Shown: positions 1 to 13,445 of the stretch, piece by piece | How the letters are laid out: each line of letters opens with the position of its first letter | How positions within the stretch are numbered: the first letter of the stretch is position 1 | DNA from: Octopus bimaculoides | Taxonomy: Eukaryota | Reading direction: 5' to 3' | Assembly: GCF_001194135.2 (NCBI RefSeq) | Contig: NC_068986.1 | Coordinates: forward strand, 50,337,989 to 50,401,988 | Length of the DNA: 64,000 nt | The notes under the pieces: model-generated | The model's input: the letters and a program-made list of their open reading frames with translations, nothing else | Databases searched by the model: none | What the model was told of the DNA's origin: nothing | Program-made: the position numbers and the translations under genes

Positions 1-29
1 ATATATATATATATATATATATATACATA

Positions 30-577
30 CACATGCGTTGGACAAAATAGAAAAATGTTTAAATTTCAAACAAATTTATTTTAATATGGGGTTGGATCGC
101 CTTTGGCAGTAATTACAACTTGAATTCTACGAGGTATAGACTCGTACAAAGTTTGAATTTTTTCCAAAGGAATTTTTGTCCATTTTTCAGCTAAAACAAT
201 CTCCAGTTCTTGTAGTGATGATGGAAGATATCGACTCCTTACTTGTTTTTTCTAAAATGCACCATAAATGTTCAATAACATTGAGATCTGGGGACTGTGG
301 TGGTCAGATAAGATGTTCAACTTCACTGGAATGTTCCTCGTGCCATTCAGTAACAACTTTAGATGTGTGAATTGGTGTACTATCACCCTGAAAGATTGCG
401 GTTCCCTCCACAAACAGTTCCGCAACCTTAGGATTAATTTGATCAGATGAAATGCTTAAATAGTCTTGACTATTAATTCTACCATGAAGGGAAACCATTG
501 GGCCTGCGAATTTCTAAGATATAGCCCACCCATATCATCACAGATCCTCCTCCATATTTAACATGGAAGAAGACGGC
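30..577 (-). mobile_element. Tc1/mariner DNA transposon relic: 3' part of a DD34E-type transposase pseudogene plus a probable terminal repeat; 5' part lost in the N gap
   Basis: Minus-strand translation across stops and frameshifts gives GGGSVMIW, GRINSQDYLSI, IFQGDSTPIHTSKVV, (W->stop)PPQSPDLNVIEHLW and SIPRRIQVVITAKGDPTPY* (stop at 81-83). These are hallmark Tc1 catalytic and C-terminal motifs. A TA|CACATGCGTTGGACAAAA end abuts a (TA)n tract. Confidence 0.92.
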
Positions 578-2169
578 NNNNNNNNNNNNNNNNNNNNNNN
601 NNNNNNNNNNNNNNNNNNNNNNNNNNNNNNNNNNNNNNNNNNNNNNNNNNNNNNNNNNNNNNNNNNNNNNNNNNNNNNNNNNNNNNNNNNNNNNNNNNNN
701 NNNNNNNNNNNNNNNNNNNNNNNNNNNNNNNNNNNNNNNNNNNNNNNNNNNNNNNNNNNNNNNNNNNNNNNNNNNNNNNNNNNNNNNNNNNNNNNNNNNN
801 NNNNNNNNNNNNNNNNNNNNNNNNNNNNNNNNNNNNNNNNNNNNNNNNNNNNNNNNNNNNNNNNNNNNNNNNNNNNNNNNNNNNNNNNNNNNNNNNNNNN
901 NNNNNNNNNNNNNNNNNNNNNNNNNNNNNNNNNNNNNNNNNNNNNNNNNNNNNNNNNNNNNNNNNNNNNNNNNNNNNNNNNNNNNNNNNNNNNNNNNNNN
1001 NNNNNNNNNNNNNNNNNNNNNNNNNNNNGGGGGGGGGGGGAGATGATTAAATGATACCAACGACTCAGTAAATAACTGGTTTTTATCGACCCTGTGGTGT
1101 CCTTTGTTAAAGATCGAAAGGTGTGATTTTTAAGGAGTTTTTACAGCTATTTCTAGCAGGTCAAATCAGCTAGAAAGTTTGGAAAAAGAATTAAGAGACG
1201 CTATAGTCAGAAATGTCACACAAACAAGTCGAAAGACCTGATCATCGGTACAGTCACAATATTACAAGTAATAATCGAAGACTAAAATAAAATGTATAAA
1301 TTAACTCTCTTGCATCGTCGTACATCAAACCAAGAACTTTCGTTCGTTCTTTCTCCGAAGATGTGGGCTTTAACCGTGTATTATGTCCCCTTAGTAACGT
1401 CAATCTCCTGTCAAATTGAATAATTTTGAGAGAGGTCAGCTACCACATCAATTTGAAATATGGTTCCCCCCCCCCCCAACTCCGACATCTGCTCTTAAAC
1501 GTTTTCCCTCAATTTATTTCTTGTTTCTTCCCTTGTTGGAATGTTATTTGATAAGAATGACCATTGTCTATTTATCATAATTATAGTTACCAATGTCCTA
1601 TTATCTCATAGGTTAACCTGGCCGAATGCTGTACTGAACACTTACACTGAATCTACACATTTCTCTCCGTCTGTCTATCTGTCTCTATCATGTGTGAGTG
1701 AGAGTGAGTGAGAGAGTGAGTGAGTGAGTGAGAGAGTGAGAGAGAGAGAAAGAGAGAGAAATCGATTGACACACGCACAAACTCTTAGCTCAGTATAAGC
1801 GTTCAGAGAGCAGAAGTTGAGTCCATTGCTCTCTCTCTCTCTCTTTCTCACACACACCGACTGATATGTTGAGGTTGTGAAAGTTCATGCCTGTGGGGAA
1901 CCCTATGGGTAGGAAAATGATAAACACAAAGCTGCAGTTCCAGGGATGCAGATGTCACCACTGCCACCATCATCATTTTAACGTTCTCTTTTCCATGTTA
2001 TCATGGGCTGGATGTAGTTATTTGAGGTGGAATTTTTTTTACTGCTGCCGACCTTCACCTGTTTTCAAACAAAGTAATATTTCTCCATGGCCAGACATGA
2101 ATTTGCTGAATATTGGAAATGAATGTCCATTCACAATAATCAAGGTATGCTCAATTCACATACCTAGAT

Positions 2170-2285
2170 AGGTGCAGGTGTGGCTAGAAGCTTGCTTCCT
2201 AATCACGTAGTTCTGGGTTCAGTCCCACTACGTGGCACGTTGGGCAAGAGTCTCCTACTATAGCCTAGGGCTATAGTGTGCTAGA
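2170..2285 (+). mobile_element. SINE family C, 5' tRNA-like head fragment
   Basis: ggtgcaggtgtggct...ggttcagtcccactacgtggcacgttgggcaagagtctcctactatagcc matches the full-length copies at 23751 and 55810. Confidence 0.8.
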
Positions 2286-2464
2286 TGCTTTTAATGTGGC
2301 ACCAGCATGAGAGCTTTTTAAGTGGTTCCTGCACAAGACTCTTGCAGATCAATCCTCTTCGTCAGGGGAGTGGCCTTAATACTTCTGCTGTGGAGGACGG
2401 GTCTTCGTGAATACAGCAAGGCACCAAATATCTCGGTCCTTTGTCATCTCATAGGAAAGGTTCA

Positions 2465-2995
2465 GCATCCTGTATCTATTTAAATAGACTGGAGACAAGA
2501 AACACATGTGGAATCCTTAGGTGGGTTTCTTTCACTCTAGAAACGAGTCTGTAGATGGACTTCTTTGAATCTCTCTATATAAATAGACTGGAGACATAAA
2601 ATACAGGTGGACACAGGTGGAATTGGAATTCTTTGGTGCTATCTATTTAAATAAATAGCAGAAATAAAACACAAGTGGAGTCTGTAGATGGATTTCCTTG
2701 AATTTGTCCATTTAAATTGATTGACAAGATGCGATACCTGCTGTGTGTTTAGGTTCACTTCTGTCTATCTATTTAAATAAATAGTAAAAATAAAACATTG
2801 GTGGAGTCCTGAGGTGGTCTTCTATCAATCTATCTAAATAGACTGACAATATGAGACACAGCAAGAGTCTTTAGGTGGACTTCTATCAATCTATATATTT
2901 AAATAGATTGGAGATATGAAACATGGGTGGATTCTCTAGATAGACTTCTATCAATCTACTGAAATCTAAATAGATTATTGATAAGTACTTATGAA
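2465..2995. repeat. Degenerate minisatellite, about 8 units of roughly 60-67 bp
   Basis: The anchor tatctatttaaatag(a) recurs, followed by gactggaga...gtggagtc...gtggacttct variants. Confidence 0.75.
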
Positions 2996-3592
2996 GAGCA
3001 GCTTTTAAAAACTATAAATTGTCTGTAGGGTACAGGTTATTATAATTTATTTTTGAAATACAATTATTTTGTGAATAGATAATATATTGCATTTTAAAGC
3101 ATAAATCAATAGATTTATAATATTTAGATGATGGGGGAAATGAGAATTTTTGACATTCAAGATTTTCCCAATTGAATAGTGCCACATGCAAAATGTATAC
3201 ACCTGGGAATGGCAGTTTACTGAGAACTTCAAAATGTATCATAGTACCCTTGACAACAAAATGACAGATTGATAATAAAGAAATATATATAAATTGCTCT
3301 TATAATATCATCATTATATCTAAAGTTAAAATAATGAGACTTCCTCTCTGAGAATTGTTATTTTGTGAATGATATGATGTGAGGCAGCTAAACTCAAAAG
3401 CAACTAGTTTTTTTATTTTTTACTTTTTAATGTTCATTATGACTGCAGCTGTTGACTAGTAACAGAGAGCAAACTTCAGAGTTGGTTCATTGCATTTTAC
3501 AGAATTCCCTATCTCTTCCCTCTAGTATTATGATGCACGTTACAGCATCTTAACAGTCAGTATATTAAAACAATAATTATGATGATAATGAT

Positions 3593-3974
3593 TGTTGGCA
3601 CTCCGTCGCTTACGACGTCGAGGTTTCCAGTTGATCCGATCAACGGAACAGCCTGCTCATGAAATTAACGTGCAAGTGGCTGAGCACTCCACAGACACGT
3701 GTATCCTTAACGTAGTTCTTGGGGATATTCAGCGTGACACAGTGTGACAAGGCTGACCCTTTGAATTACAGACACAACAGAAACAGGAAGTAAGAGTGAG
3801 AGAAAGTTGTGGTGAAAGAATACAGCAGGGTTCACTACCATCCCCTGCCAGAGCCTCGTGGAGCTTTAGGTGTTTTCGCTCAATAAACACTCACAGCACC
3901 TGGTCTGAGAATCGAAACTGCAATCCTATGACCGCGAGTCCGCTGCCCTAACCACTGGGCCATTGCGCCTCCAC
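3593..3974 (-). mobile_element. SINE family A (tRNA-derived, about 390 bp), full length
   Basis: Reverse complement of GTGGAGGCGCAATGGCCCAGTGG (A box)...GGTTTCGATTC (B box)...GGAGTGCCAACAA tail. It is flanked by a 51-bp direct repeat (3542-3592 / 3975-4025). Confidence 0.95.
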
Positions 3975-4652
3975 ACAGCATCTTAATAGTCAGTATATTA
4001 AAACAATAATTATGATGATAATGATAACAACACAGTATATGACACAATGATTTGAGATCTTGATAAGTTTATGTCCACAGTATGGAACCTCATGAAAGTG
4101 GGATTTTGTCCTGGGTATGACTATAAACTGCATCTGGCAGTGGGGTCCCAGTTCAGGAGTTTTTGAGGTGCATGGTAGTACCTCTTAGCCACTGTTGTTC
4201 GTAGGTCTACTCCAACCCAGAATAATAGCACCTGTTAAGGGTCCTAGCTGTAGGTTAATTAGTATATTTCGGGTATTGCTATCTATGCATGCGGAGACTG
4301 GATTCAGTGGACAGTGCAAACAAAAAGCTTCATAGTTCAACAGAACTTAGCAGTTTGGCAAAAAATACTGACAGAATAAGTACTAAGCTTACAAAGAATA
4401 AGTCCTGGGGTCAATTTGCTCGACTAAAGGTGGTGCTCCAGCATGGCCACAGTCAAATGACTGAAACAAGGAAAAGAGAAGAGTAAGCAGCTTCAGCAAC
4501 ACATTGTGAAGAGCAGAGAGCAAGGTGGGGCAAATTGGGTATCTTGGGTCATCCACTACATCCATCTCCATTCTCTTGTCTATCCACTGGACTGAAGATG
4601 GCCACAGGTGAGAGAGTGAGAGTTGACACTGTGCAACTCTTCTTCACCTTAA

Positions 4653-5198
4653 CCCTTTAGCATTAAAACTGGCCATATCAGGTCCAAATATTCTACCTGT
4701 TTTATATTCAACCCAGTCAAATCTGGCCTCTTTTATCTACCCAACAATGTCGATCTAAAAACAAACAACCAAATCATAAAAACTTCAAAGCTATAATCAA
4801 GATAGCGTAACGAATGACCATGGGATTGCACTTAGAAAGTTCCTCCAAGACCCAAATGCAAGCAAGCTTGTTTGTGAAAGACCAGCAGTTGCCTATGCAT
4901 GCCAGTTCCTCTTCTCCACACCACCGATGTTATCCAAGGGAAAGGCAAAGGCCGATACAGCTTGGCACCAGTGATGTTGCAATTCATTTCCACAGCTGAG
5001 TGAACTGGAGCAATGTGAAATGAAGTGTGTTGCTCAAGAACACAACACACAGCCCAGTCTGGGAATCAAACTCACTACCTCATGATTGTTAGCCCAATGC
5101 TCTAACCACTGAGCTATGTGCCAATGCATGGTTAATTCAAAACTATGTGAATAAACAAGCATTACATTTGGTAGAGTAATCTGAATACTTAAAGAATT
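4653..5198. mobile_element. piggyBac-like MITE (TTAA-CCCTTTAGCATT ends) interrupted by a SINE B
   Basis: TTAA|CCCTTTAGCATT at 4649, with a degenerate right end at about 5185-5198. The body matches the uninterrupted copies at 30174 and 62757. Confidence 0.75.
4805..5122 (-). mobile_element. SINE family B (tRNA head plus gagcaagacacttcatttcacattgctccag central module)
   Basis: Reverse complement of the copies at 21604, 29452, 31255 and 39160. Confidence 0.9.
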
Positions 5199-6088
5199 AC
5201 ACAAAGTCACTGTACAAGGTACCAGTCATCTTCCCCTCAAGGATAACTTAGGTGGTCCTTGTTGCTCCAACGGATGAATATGGTAGGGTTTCTGAGTCGA
5301 TACAATCTACACAGAAAACCTAATTCACATTTAATGTACAGAGAAGAGAGTAACAGTTTATCGACAGGGATTTTCGCTGTTGGATTGAAAACATTTGAGC
5401 GACTACAAAGTGTGCCACTGCTGGCTGAAACGTAGAATACGAAGCAGAAACTCAATATTATCTACTGGACAGTGTCCAGTTGTTACCACCGTAAACTGTA
5501 CAGTTGTTACCAAGGGACGCCATACAAACGTGAGTAGATGATGTTCTTGACAGATCTTTTGATAAGAGAATGTTCTGACCATTAGGTGAGATACAATAAT
5601 GTCAGTGTGACTATTGTTAGAACATATACTAATGACTAGAAAAGTATACCTTCTCTTTATTTTTGTGATGTGTGGGTCTGAGGTATGTGTGCCTGTATTT
5701 GCACATGTATATAGGCGTATGTACACAAACACACTCATATAATATACATTTATTAAACAGCTGGCAACACCAGGCAATTATACACAACTGTCATTTCTTT
5801 CTTTCTCTCTCTCTCTCTCTCTCAGATCTTTCTTTCTTTCTTCCTTTTCTTTTATTTATATAATCTAAATTGTTATTCGCAGGTTACTGAACATACATAC
5901 ATACAACAGAATAAACTCTTAGAAATGTATGTGTTAAATACAGCTCATATATACATACAGACATGTGTATTTTAAATACAACACGTAAACATGGAAATAT
6001 CCCAATACACACACACACATTAAATACAACCACACATTTACATACATTTATACGTGTGCATTGCATTAAATTATTTTCTTATATATAT

Positions 6089-6124
<36 letters not shown>

Positions 6125-6703
6125 CTCAACACACACAAAGATCAATTGTAAGATATATGTATATAGGCATAGACACAAATACATATATGTGTGTTGAATA
6201 TAACACACTCATATACATAAAAATGTACATATACACATATATACATATCAAATACAATGCACATACACACACACACACACACACACAGCACACTTTCTCT
6301 ATAGTTAGCTATGTTCCACCTCCAAACCATTCACACTGCATTAGGTTCTGCAGATTTAAAATGGCAACAGTAGCAGACGCAGGATAAGAACATTTAAGGC
6401 TAAAGGTTGGTATGAATTAGAAGGTATGATGCATTTGACAAGTTTGATTCTGGTTGTTGGCTAAATGAGGTTTCTAACACTACCTCTGGTAGCTGGTTGG
6501 CTGTTACTAAACTTTCAACTTAGATATTGACATACATACAATCAGTTTATCAAAAGCAGTTTTCAGTTGTGTGTGTGTGTGTGTGTGTGTGTGCAAGCAA
6601 GTATTGTTTGTCTCTGAGACTATTATGATTATATCAAATAAGTATTAGCTTATGTGTGATTGTATCGGTTTGTCAATTTTTTTTTTACATTATTGTGTTA
6701 GCA

Positions 6704-6756
<53 letters not shown>

Positions 6757-6878
6757 TACTTGTGTGTGTGATATGTATGTGATGTGTGGTGTGTGTGTGT
6801 GATATATGTGTGTGTGATGTGTATGTATGTGACATGCGTGTGATGTTTGTGTGTGTGTGAGATGTATGCATGTGTACA

Positions 6879-6911
<33 letters not shown>

Positions 6912-7946
6912 TAATGCCAGTATGAGAAAATAAATGTATGATATGTATAGTGAGAGGAAGAAAAAGATAGCCAGTGTACATACATACATACATACCTACA
7001 TATATATATATATATACGCACACGCACATACACACACACACACTCTTTCTATGCTGGCACTGAAAAGCATTGTTTTGTAGTGTAACACAAACATGTGGCC
7101 ACTCAGACAGCTCTTATAGAGCTCACACAGCCCTGCACAATTATGCTGTCATTTACAGAAATGCACGTTCCATTGCATCTGATGCAAGCAGCAGAGCATA
7201 TCTTTAATAAGCTGCTCTCAGTTTAGATGCTTCCCTATCAATGGCCTTTCACAAGCTTTTCATATTCTAACTGATCGTCAAAGTGATACACCATAGTTCT
7301 TCACACTCTCTCTCTCCTCGTCCTTATTCCTCCAGTTTGTTTCTTGTTGCTATCTATCAGTCTATTATATAATTTCAGGTGAGAGTAGATGGAAAATTAT
7401 ACTTTCATTTCTAGAGAGAAACCTTACTTATGTTTCTTTTTTTTTTTTTTGGTTTAAAATGTTATTTTTAATTCTTGTGATATTTGTGGGTTGATACATT
7501 AAAATCATTTTTATCTGTTTGNNNNNNNNNNGGGGGGGGGGGTTGTACAGCAATGACCCTGAGAACTATGCTAGTGGAATGCAAACTCCTTGTAGGGTTT
7601 GCCATGCTGGACTGGTCAAAGGAAAGAAAGTAGACTAATATGGACCATTTTTACCCCTAGAAGTTAGAATAGGTTTGTGTAGAAAAAAAAAGCAAAAATT
7701 ACAGAGCATCAGAGACAATTCAAAACCTACAAAATCTGTGAGAGAAAGGCCTTCATTCTGGGAGAGAAAGGCCTTCATTCATTATGATATGTTGCAGTAA
7801 AATCTGAAAGGAAGCTGCAAAGCCAACTCCTCTTCTGACCACCGAAAGAAAACCCACAAGAAAGGTGTAAGAGAGGGTAAAGGTAAAGACCCCCTTCCTA
7901 TAATAGGAAGGCTTATAATTATTATCATTATTATTATCATTATTAT

Positions 7947-8620
7947 TAAGGTGGTGAGCTGGCAGAATCGTTACTTCACTGGGTAAAATGCTTAGCGGTA
8001 TTTCACCCGTTGCTACATTCTGAGTTCAAATTCTGCCAAGATTGACTTTGCCTTTTGGGGTCGATTAAATAGGTACCAGTTACACACTAGGGTCAATGTA
8101 ATTGATTTAATCCCTTCTCCCAAATTTGAGTCCTTGTGCTTCCAGTAGAAAGGATTATTATTATTATTATTATTATTGAGGCAGTGAACTGGTTGGATCA
8201 TTAGAATGCCACACAAAATGCATAGTAACATTTCGTCCATCTTTGCATTTTCTGAGTTCAAATTCCACTGAGGTCAACATTGCTTTTCATTCTCTCGGGG
8301 TCAAAAAAAATAAGTACCAGTTGAACACTGGGGTCAATGTAATTGACTTTCTCCCTCCCATAAACTTGCTGGCCTTGTGCCAAAACTTGAAACCACTATT
8401 ATCATTGCTATTAAGGCAGCAAGCAGGCAGAATTGTTAGCATGCTGGGTAAAATGCCTAGTGGTATTTCACTCATCCTAACGTTCTGAGTTCAAATTCTG
8501 CCAGGGTCAACTTTGCCTTTTATCCTTTTGGGGTCAATAAATTAAGTACCAGTGAAACCTTAGATTGATGTAATCGACTAGTCCCTTCCCACTAAATTTT
8601 AGGCCCCATGCTTATTATTA
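7947..8620 (+). mobile_element. Three head-to-tail SINE family D copies (about 210 bp each) separated by (TTA)n
   Basis: Units start aaggtggtgagctggcagaa or variants at about 7947, 8178 and 8412. Each contains gtcaactttgcctttcatcctttcggggtcgataaaataagtaccag (Nin/Deu-like module, from recall) and ends in attattatt. Confidence 0.9.
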
Positions 8621-9084
8621 TTATCATTATTATTTTGTACATTTGTTGTGTTTCGCAGTTGTGATTACTTTTATGATTTGAGGAGAAATTCACAACTTTA
8701 TAAAGCCTTACTATGAGGTATTCACACAACTATATCCATGTGTAGAACCATGTTCTTTTATTGCAACCATAAATCCAGTTGGAATTAGATTTCACTTGGT
8801 GGGGCTGTCATTTCACCCCCTACTCTGCTTTGGTAAAAAAAAAAAAAAGGGGCCTTCCACAGAGATGTACCATTCGTGGTTGGGAGAATGTAGCAAAACA
8901 AAGCTGGCAACATGACACAATCTCATATAATGTAGAAAAAGGAAAAACGAAAACAAAACAAAACAAAAAATAATAATAATAATAAATAAAATAGAATTCT
9001 ACAACAATGAAATAAAAAATATCAACATAACAACAAAAAAATATTCAAAAGTAAGGGAAAATAACACACACTGGAGTGTTTTAG

Positions 9085-9116
<32 letters not shown>

Positions 9117-9273
9117 TGCTTATGCATGTATTTGTGTGCGTGTACATACGCATATGCTTGCATGTGTATGTGTGTGTTTGTGCATGTTTGCCTGCACATG
9201 CCGAATGGTGGAAATATGATTGTGCATTACAAGGTATTTGGATGTGTGTGTAATGGACAGCTTAGAAGTGAGG

Positions 9274-9335
<62 letters not shown>

Positions 9336-10038
9336 TCACACATTTTTAATGTTCACATTTATATATGAATGTACAACGCACACGCAATCAATCAAAAGAC
9401 AAATAACACATGTATTCTTCTAAATCACCTTAATTTCATTATTCAATCTCCCACAAACACACACACACGCATGGATACATGCATGTACACACATCATGAT
9501 GGTATTTAACCATTCCATATTGATGTGGGGGTGGGGGGTGTATTCCATGCGATTTATGCTATGCAGTGACCGCAGCAGTTCAAAATACGTAGAGGTGGTT
9601 TTATAGTGAGCCTGATGATGTTGATTAGGAATGGAGTAGTGGTGGTGGTGGTGGAGGAGGAGGTGCTAATGGCGGTGTTAGTGGTGATGGTGTTGGTGGT
9701 GGTGGTGGTAGTTGTGGTGTTGTTTTTGGTGGTGGTACTGATGGTGTTGGTGGGGATAGGGATGCTGATGCTGTTGGTGATGGTATCAGTGGTGGTGGAG
9801 GGTCTGTGGCACAACCCACAGCCATGCACTGAGTGATTACAATGCTATCTACCCACTTATGTACATTCCCTTCATTCATAAACAACTCCAGCTTGACTCC
9901 TGGAAAGTTTATCGCAGATTGACTTTATAATAAGATCTCGTTTCATCATTTGTTCTCCATCTCAGAATCTTACTCCAGAGAGCAGCACATTCTTGGCCAA
10001 AGGTGTTTGGGCTGCAGGGGAGTTGATGGGAAGAAGGG

Positions 10039-10076
<38 letters not shown>

Positions 10077-10789
10077 CTGTCCCACTCATGCCAACATGGA
10101 AGGTGGATGTTAAACGATGATGATGATACATAAACACACACATATATATCTTCTGTAGATATTGTAGAAGTGGGGTTTGTACAAGAAGCGTTTGGAGTGT
10201 GGAATTGGTCATGTTGTAATTTAAAGTTGGTAGGGATTATGTAAATATATATGGTAGGGATTATATAAATATATATAAATATCCTGTTATATGTACAGTG
10301 TAGTGTCCATATACTGTGATGTGATGAGACCCCAACTATTTGAAACAAACTCTTCTCTTCTTTGCTAAATGTATTTTTATGTTTGGTTTCACTTCTTTCA
10401 AGTAGTGTTATGTATTGTGTGTGTGTGCATGCACATGCCTTTATATGCATGTGTGTATGTCTGTGCACATGCTTTCGTGTGTGTGTGTGTCTGTGTGCAT
10501 GCACATGTATGTATCTGAAAGATCACTTCTTATGGCAGTGTCGCCTGCACTTTGGTGCATATTCAATGAAGAAAGCCATACGAGATCTTTAGAAATTTAA
10601 GCGAAACAGACACACAGAATGGAGTTCTCTGGAGTTTAAGTTCAAATTCAGATTTCTTCCTTTGCTAACCCTCAGCTGCCTCCAAGCAAGATAATATGAC
10701 CCCATGGCCAGACATATTTTTCACAGAATACTGGAAATAAACAACTCTGCTTGTATAACAGTAGCATTCATTTACAACAATCTCTCTCT

Positions 10790-11265
10790 TTCTCTCTCTC
10801 TCAAACACACTGCCATGGGTTAAACAGTTTGACTGAAACTGGTAAGCCAGAGAGCTGCACCAGGTTCAAATCTGATTTGGCATGGTTTCTACAGCTGGAT
10901 GCCTTTCCTAATGCCAACCACTCCAAGAGTGTAGTGAGTACTTTTTTACATGTCACCAACATGGGTGCCAGTTACATGACACCAGCACTGGCCACAACTA
11001 TGATTTCACTTGACTTGACAAGTCTTCTGTGGCACGGCATATTACCAAAGGTCACAGTCAGCTGTCATAACCTTCATGAGACCTCCATGTTTGAAGGGTG
11101 CTTGCCATGTGCCATCAGCACAGGTATCAGTTATGTGACATTGGTAACAACCATGACTACAATTTCCCTTGGCTTGATGGTGCTTCTCAAGCACGGCATA
11201 TCACCAAATGTCTCAGTCACCTGTCATTGCCTCCATGGGGCCCATCATTCAAAGATCATGCTTCA
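10790..11265 (-). mobile_element. RTE-LINE 3'-UTR-derived repeat (family E)
   Basis: Contains tttctacagctggatgcctttcctaatgccaaccactcc...gtgtagtgagtactttt, shared with 21060, 26690, 55275, 60600 and 63896. Confidence 0.8.
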
Positions 11266-11279
11266 CTATCTGCTTTATG

Positions 11280-11845
11280 TTCAAACTGGCCAGATTCAGT
11301 CTCTCACACCTACCCTACAATATCCTTAAAATTAATGGTTACCTCATCAAAATCTTAAAACTAAAATATAATTCATGATTAATTCAAAACAGTGGAGGCG
11401 CAATGGCCTAGTGGTTAGGGCAGTGGACTCGTGGTCATAGGATCGCGGTTTCGATTCCCAGACCGGGCGTTGTGAGTGTTTATTGAGCGAAAACACCTAA
11501 AGCTCCACGAGGCTCCGGCAGGGGATGGTGGCGAACCCTGCTGTACTCTTCCACCACAACTTTCTCTCACTCTTACTTCCTGTTTCCGTTGTGCCTGTAT
11601 TTCAAAAGGGCCAGCCTTGTCACACCGTGTCACGCTGAATATCCCCGAGAACTACGTTAAGGGTACACGTGTCTGTGGAGTGCTCAGTCACATGCACGTT
11701 AATTTCACGAGCAGGCTATTCCGTTGATCGGATCAACTGGAACCCTCGATGTCGTAAGCGACGGAGTGCCAACAACAACAACAAATTCAAAACAATGTGA
11801 ATAAATAAGCATCACTTTGGACAGAATAATGTGAATACAAAAGGG
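11280..11845. mobile_element. piggyBac-like MITE (left end lost) interrupted by a SINE A
   Basis: Body tcaaactggccagattcagtctctcacacctaccctac; right end aaaaGGG|TTAA at 11843-11849. Confidence 0.7.
11392..11783 (+). mobile_element. SINE family A, full length
   Basis: A and B boxes, (CAA)n tail, and an 11-bp TSD aattcaaaaca at 11381-11391 and 11784-11794. Confidence 0.95.
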
Positions 11846-12897
11846 TTAAAATGGTGATGATAAAAGTGTGTGTTTATCTTTAAGCTACTCGGAGCAGTGA
11901 TATGATGAAATTTATTCTAATGCTGTGGCAAAACAATATAAAGTCTAAAATTATTTGCAACTTCTTTTGTTTGGTTCTTTATGATGTACCCACTCTTTAG
12001 ATCTGTGCAGCAAGCTGAAGGTGGGTGTTAGATAATCGAGAAAGGGCTTTAGGAAGTGAATGGAGAGGGAGGGAGAGATATAAGTTATTTGGAGAATAGC
12101 AGAATCTTGATTTCTATTCAGAATTAGACAAATATTACTATGGAAACAGAAAATAGAAAATTATGAATGAGAGAGAAAGACAGATAGATAGATAGAGTGA
12201 GAGAGAAAAATTGAGAGAGGGGTGTGTTTGTGTATGTGTGCATATGTGTGTGTTTAAAATGTATATATAAGAAGTAATGGTGCATATATATTCATATAAT
12301 TTCACGTGTGTGTGGGTATATAAAAAATACATCAAGAAAATATGCATATGTATGTATATATGAGTGCATGAGTATATACTGCTTATATATATATGAAAGC
12401 ATTATACACACAAGCACATGCACATATTCTTATATATAGGTGTGAGTATGACACTTCCACACACACACACATATATATATGTATATATGGAAGTGCCATA
12501 CTCACACACGCACACACATACACACGTGTGTGTGTGTAAGTGTGTATGCATGTATATGTATGAGTGTGAAAATATGAGTAAAATCATGCTTTGCCTGTAT
12601 ATATATATATATATATATATGCATATGTAGTCATTTATTATATTTACGTCTATATGTGAGTGAAGTTAAGAGATGGAAGGCTAATAATTAATTTTACCAT
12701 CTGTTGTAATTCAGCACTTGTTTGCTTCAGTCACACTAGATCTGCTTCTGACATTTTCTGTACACCATACACAGACACACACACACAAGCAATGTGCCTA
12801 ACATCCATTGCACAAACAGAAACATGTGTCAAATTTCTAATATGCAACTCACACACATGAACATCTATCTCTCTATCCCTCTCTCTCACACACTCTA

Positions 12898-12974
<77 letters not shown>

Positions 12975-13410
12975 CTATAAACACTGACTATATGTATATA
13001 GATATATAAATATATATCCACATGTATGTATATATATTTACACACATACACACAAACATATATATACAAGCATATATGCATACATATAAACACAGACATA
13101 TATATATATATATATATAAATGGACATACATATATATGTATATATATATTTGCACACATACATATACAAGCATATATGCATATATATATATATATATATA
13201 TATAAACAGACACACACACACACACACACACACAGAAGAATATATATACATATATTAACACGTGTATACATACTCATATACACATAAACACACATTTGTA
13301 TATATATATATATATTTAAGCATGTACACACATGCATACAGGGCAAACAGGCACTGACAAACACCAAACACACCGTGTAAACACACTTATATGCACCCTT
13401 AGAATGTAAC

Positions 13411-13445
<35 letters not shown>

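Noticed and set aside
2355-2385. CTGACGA on the minus strand, and other CTGANGA hits at about 39906, 40290 and 50035, as further hammerheads
   Set aside because: There is no paired helix II closing onto a GAAA box and no NUH site with helix I.
11392-11470. tRNA gene calls for SINE heads
   Set aside because: A and B boxes are present, but there is no acceptor stem, and each head continues into a SINE body with a tail and TSD.
11415-11727. Recurrent peptides such as MFIERKHLKLHEAPAGDGGEPCC that appear many times in the ORF track
   Set aside because: They are translations of SINE family A copies. Frames break differently in each copy.
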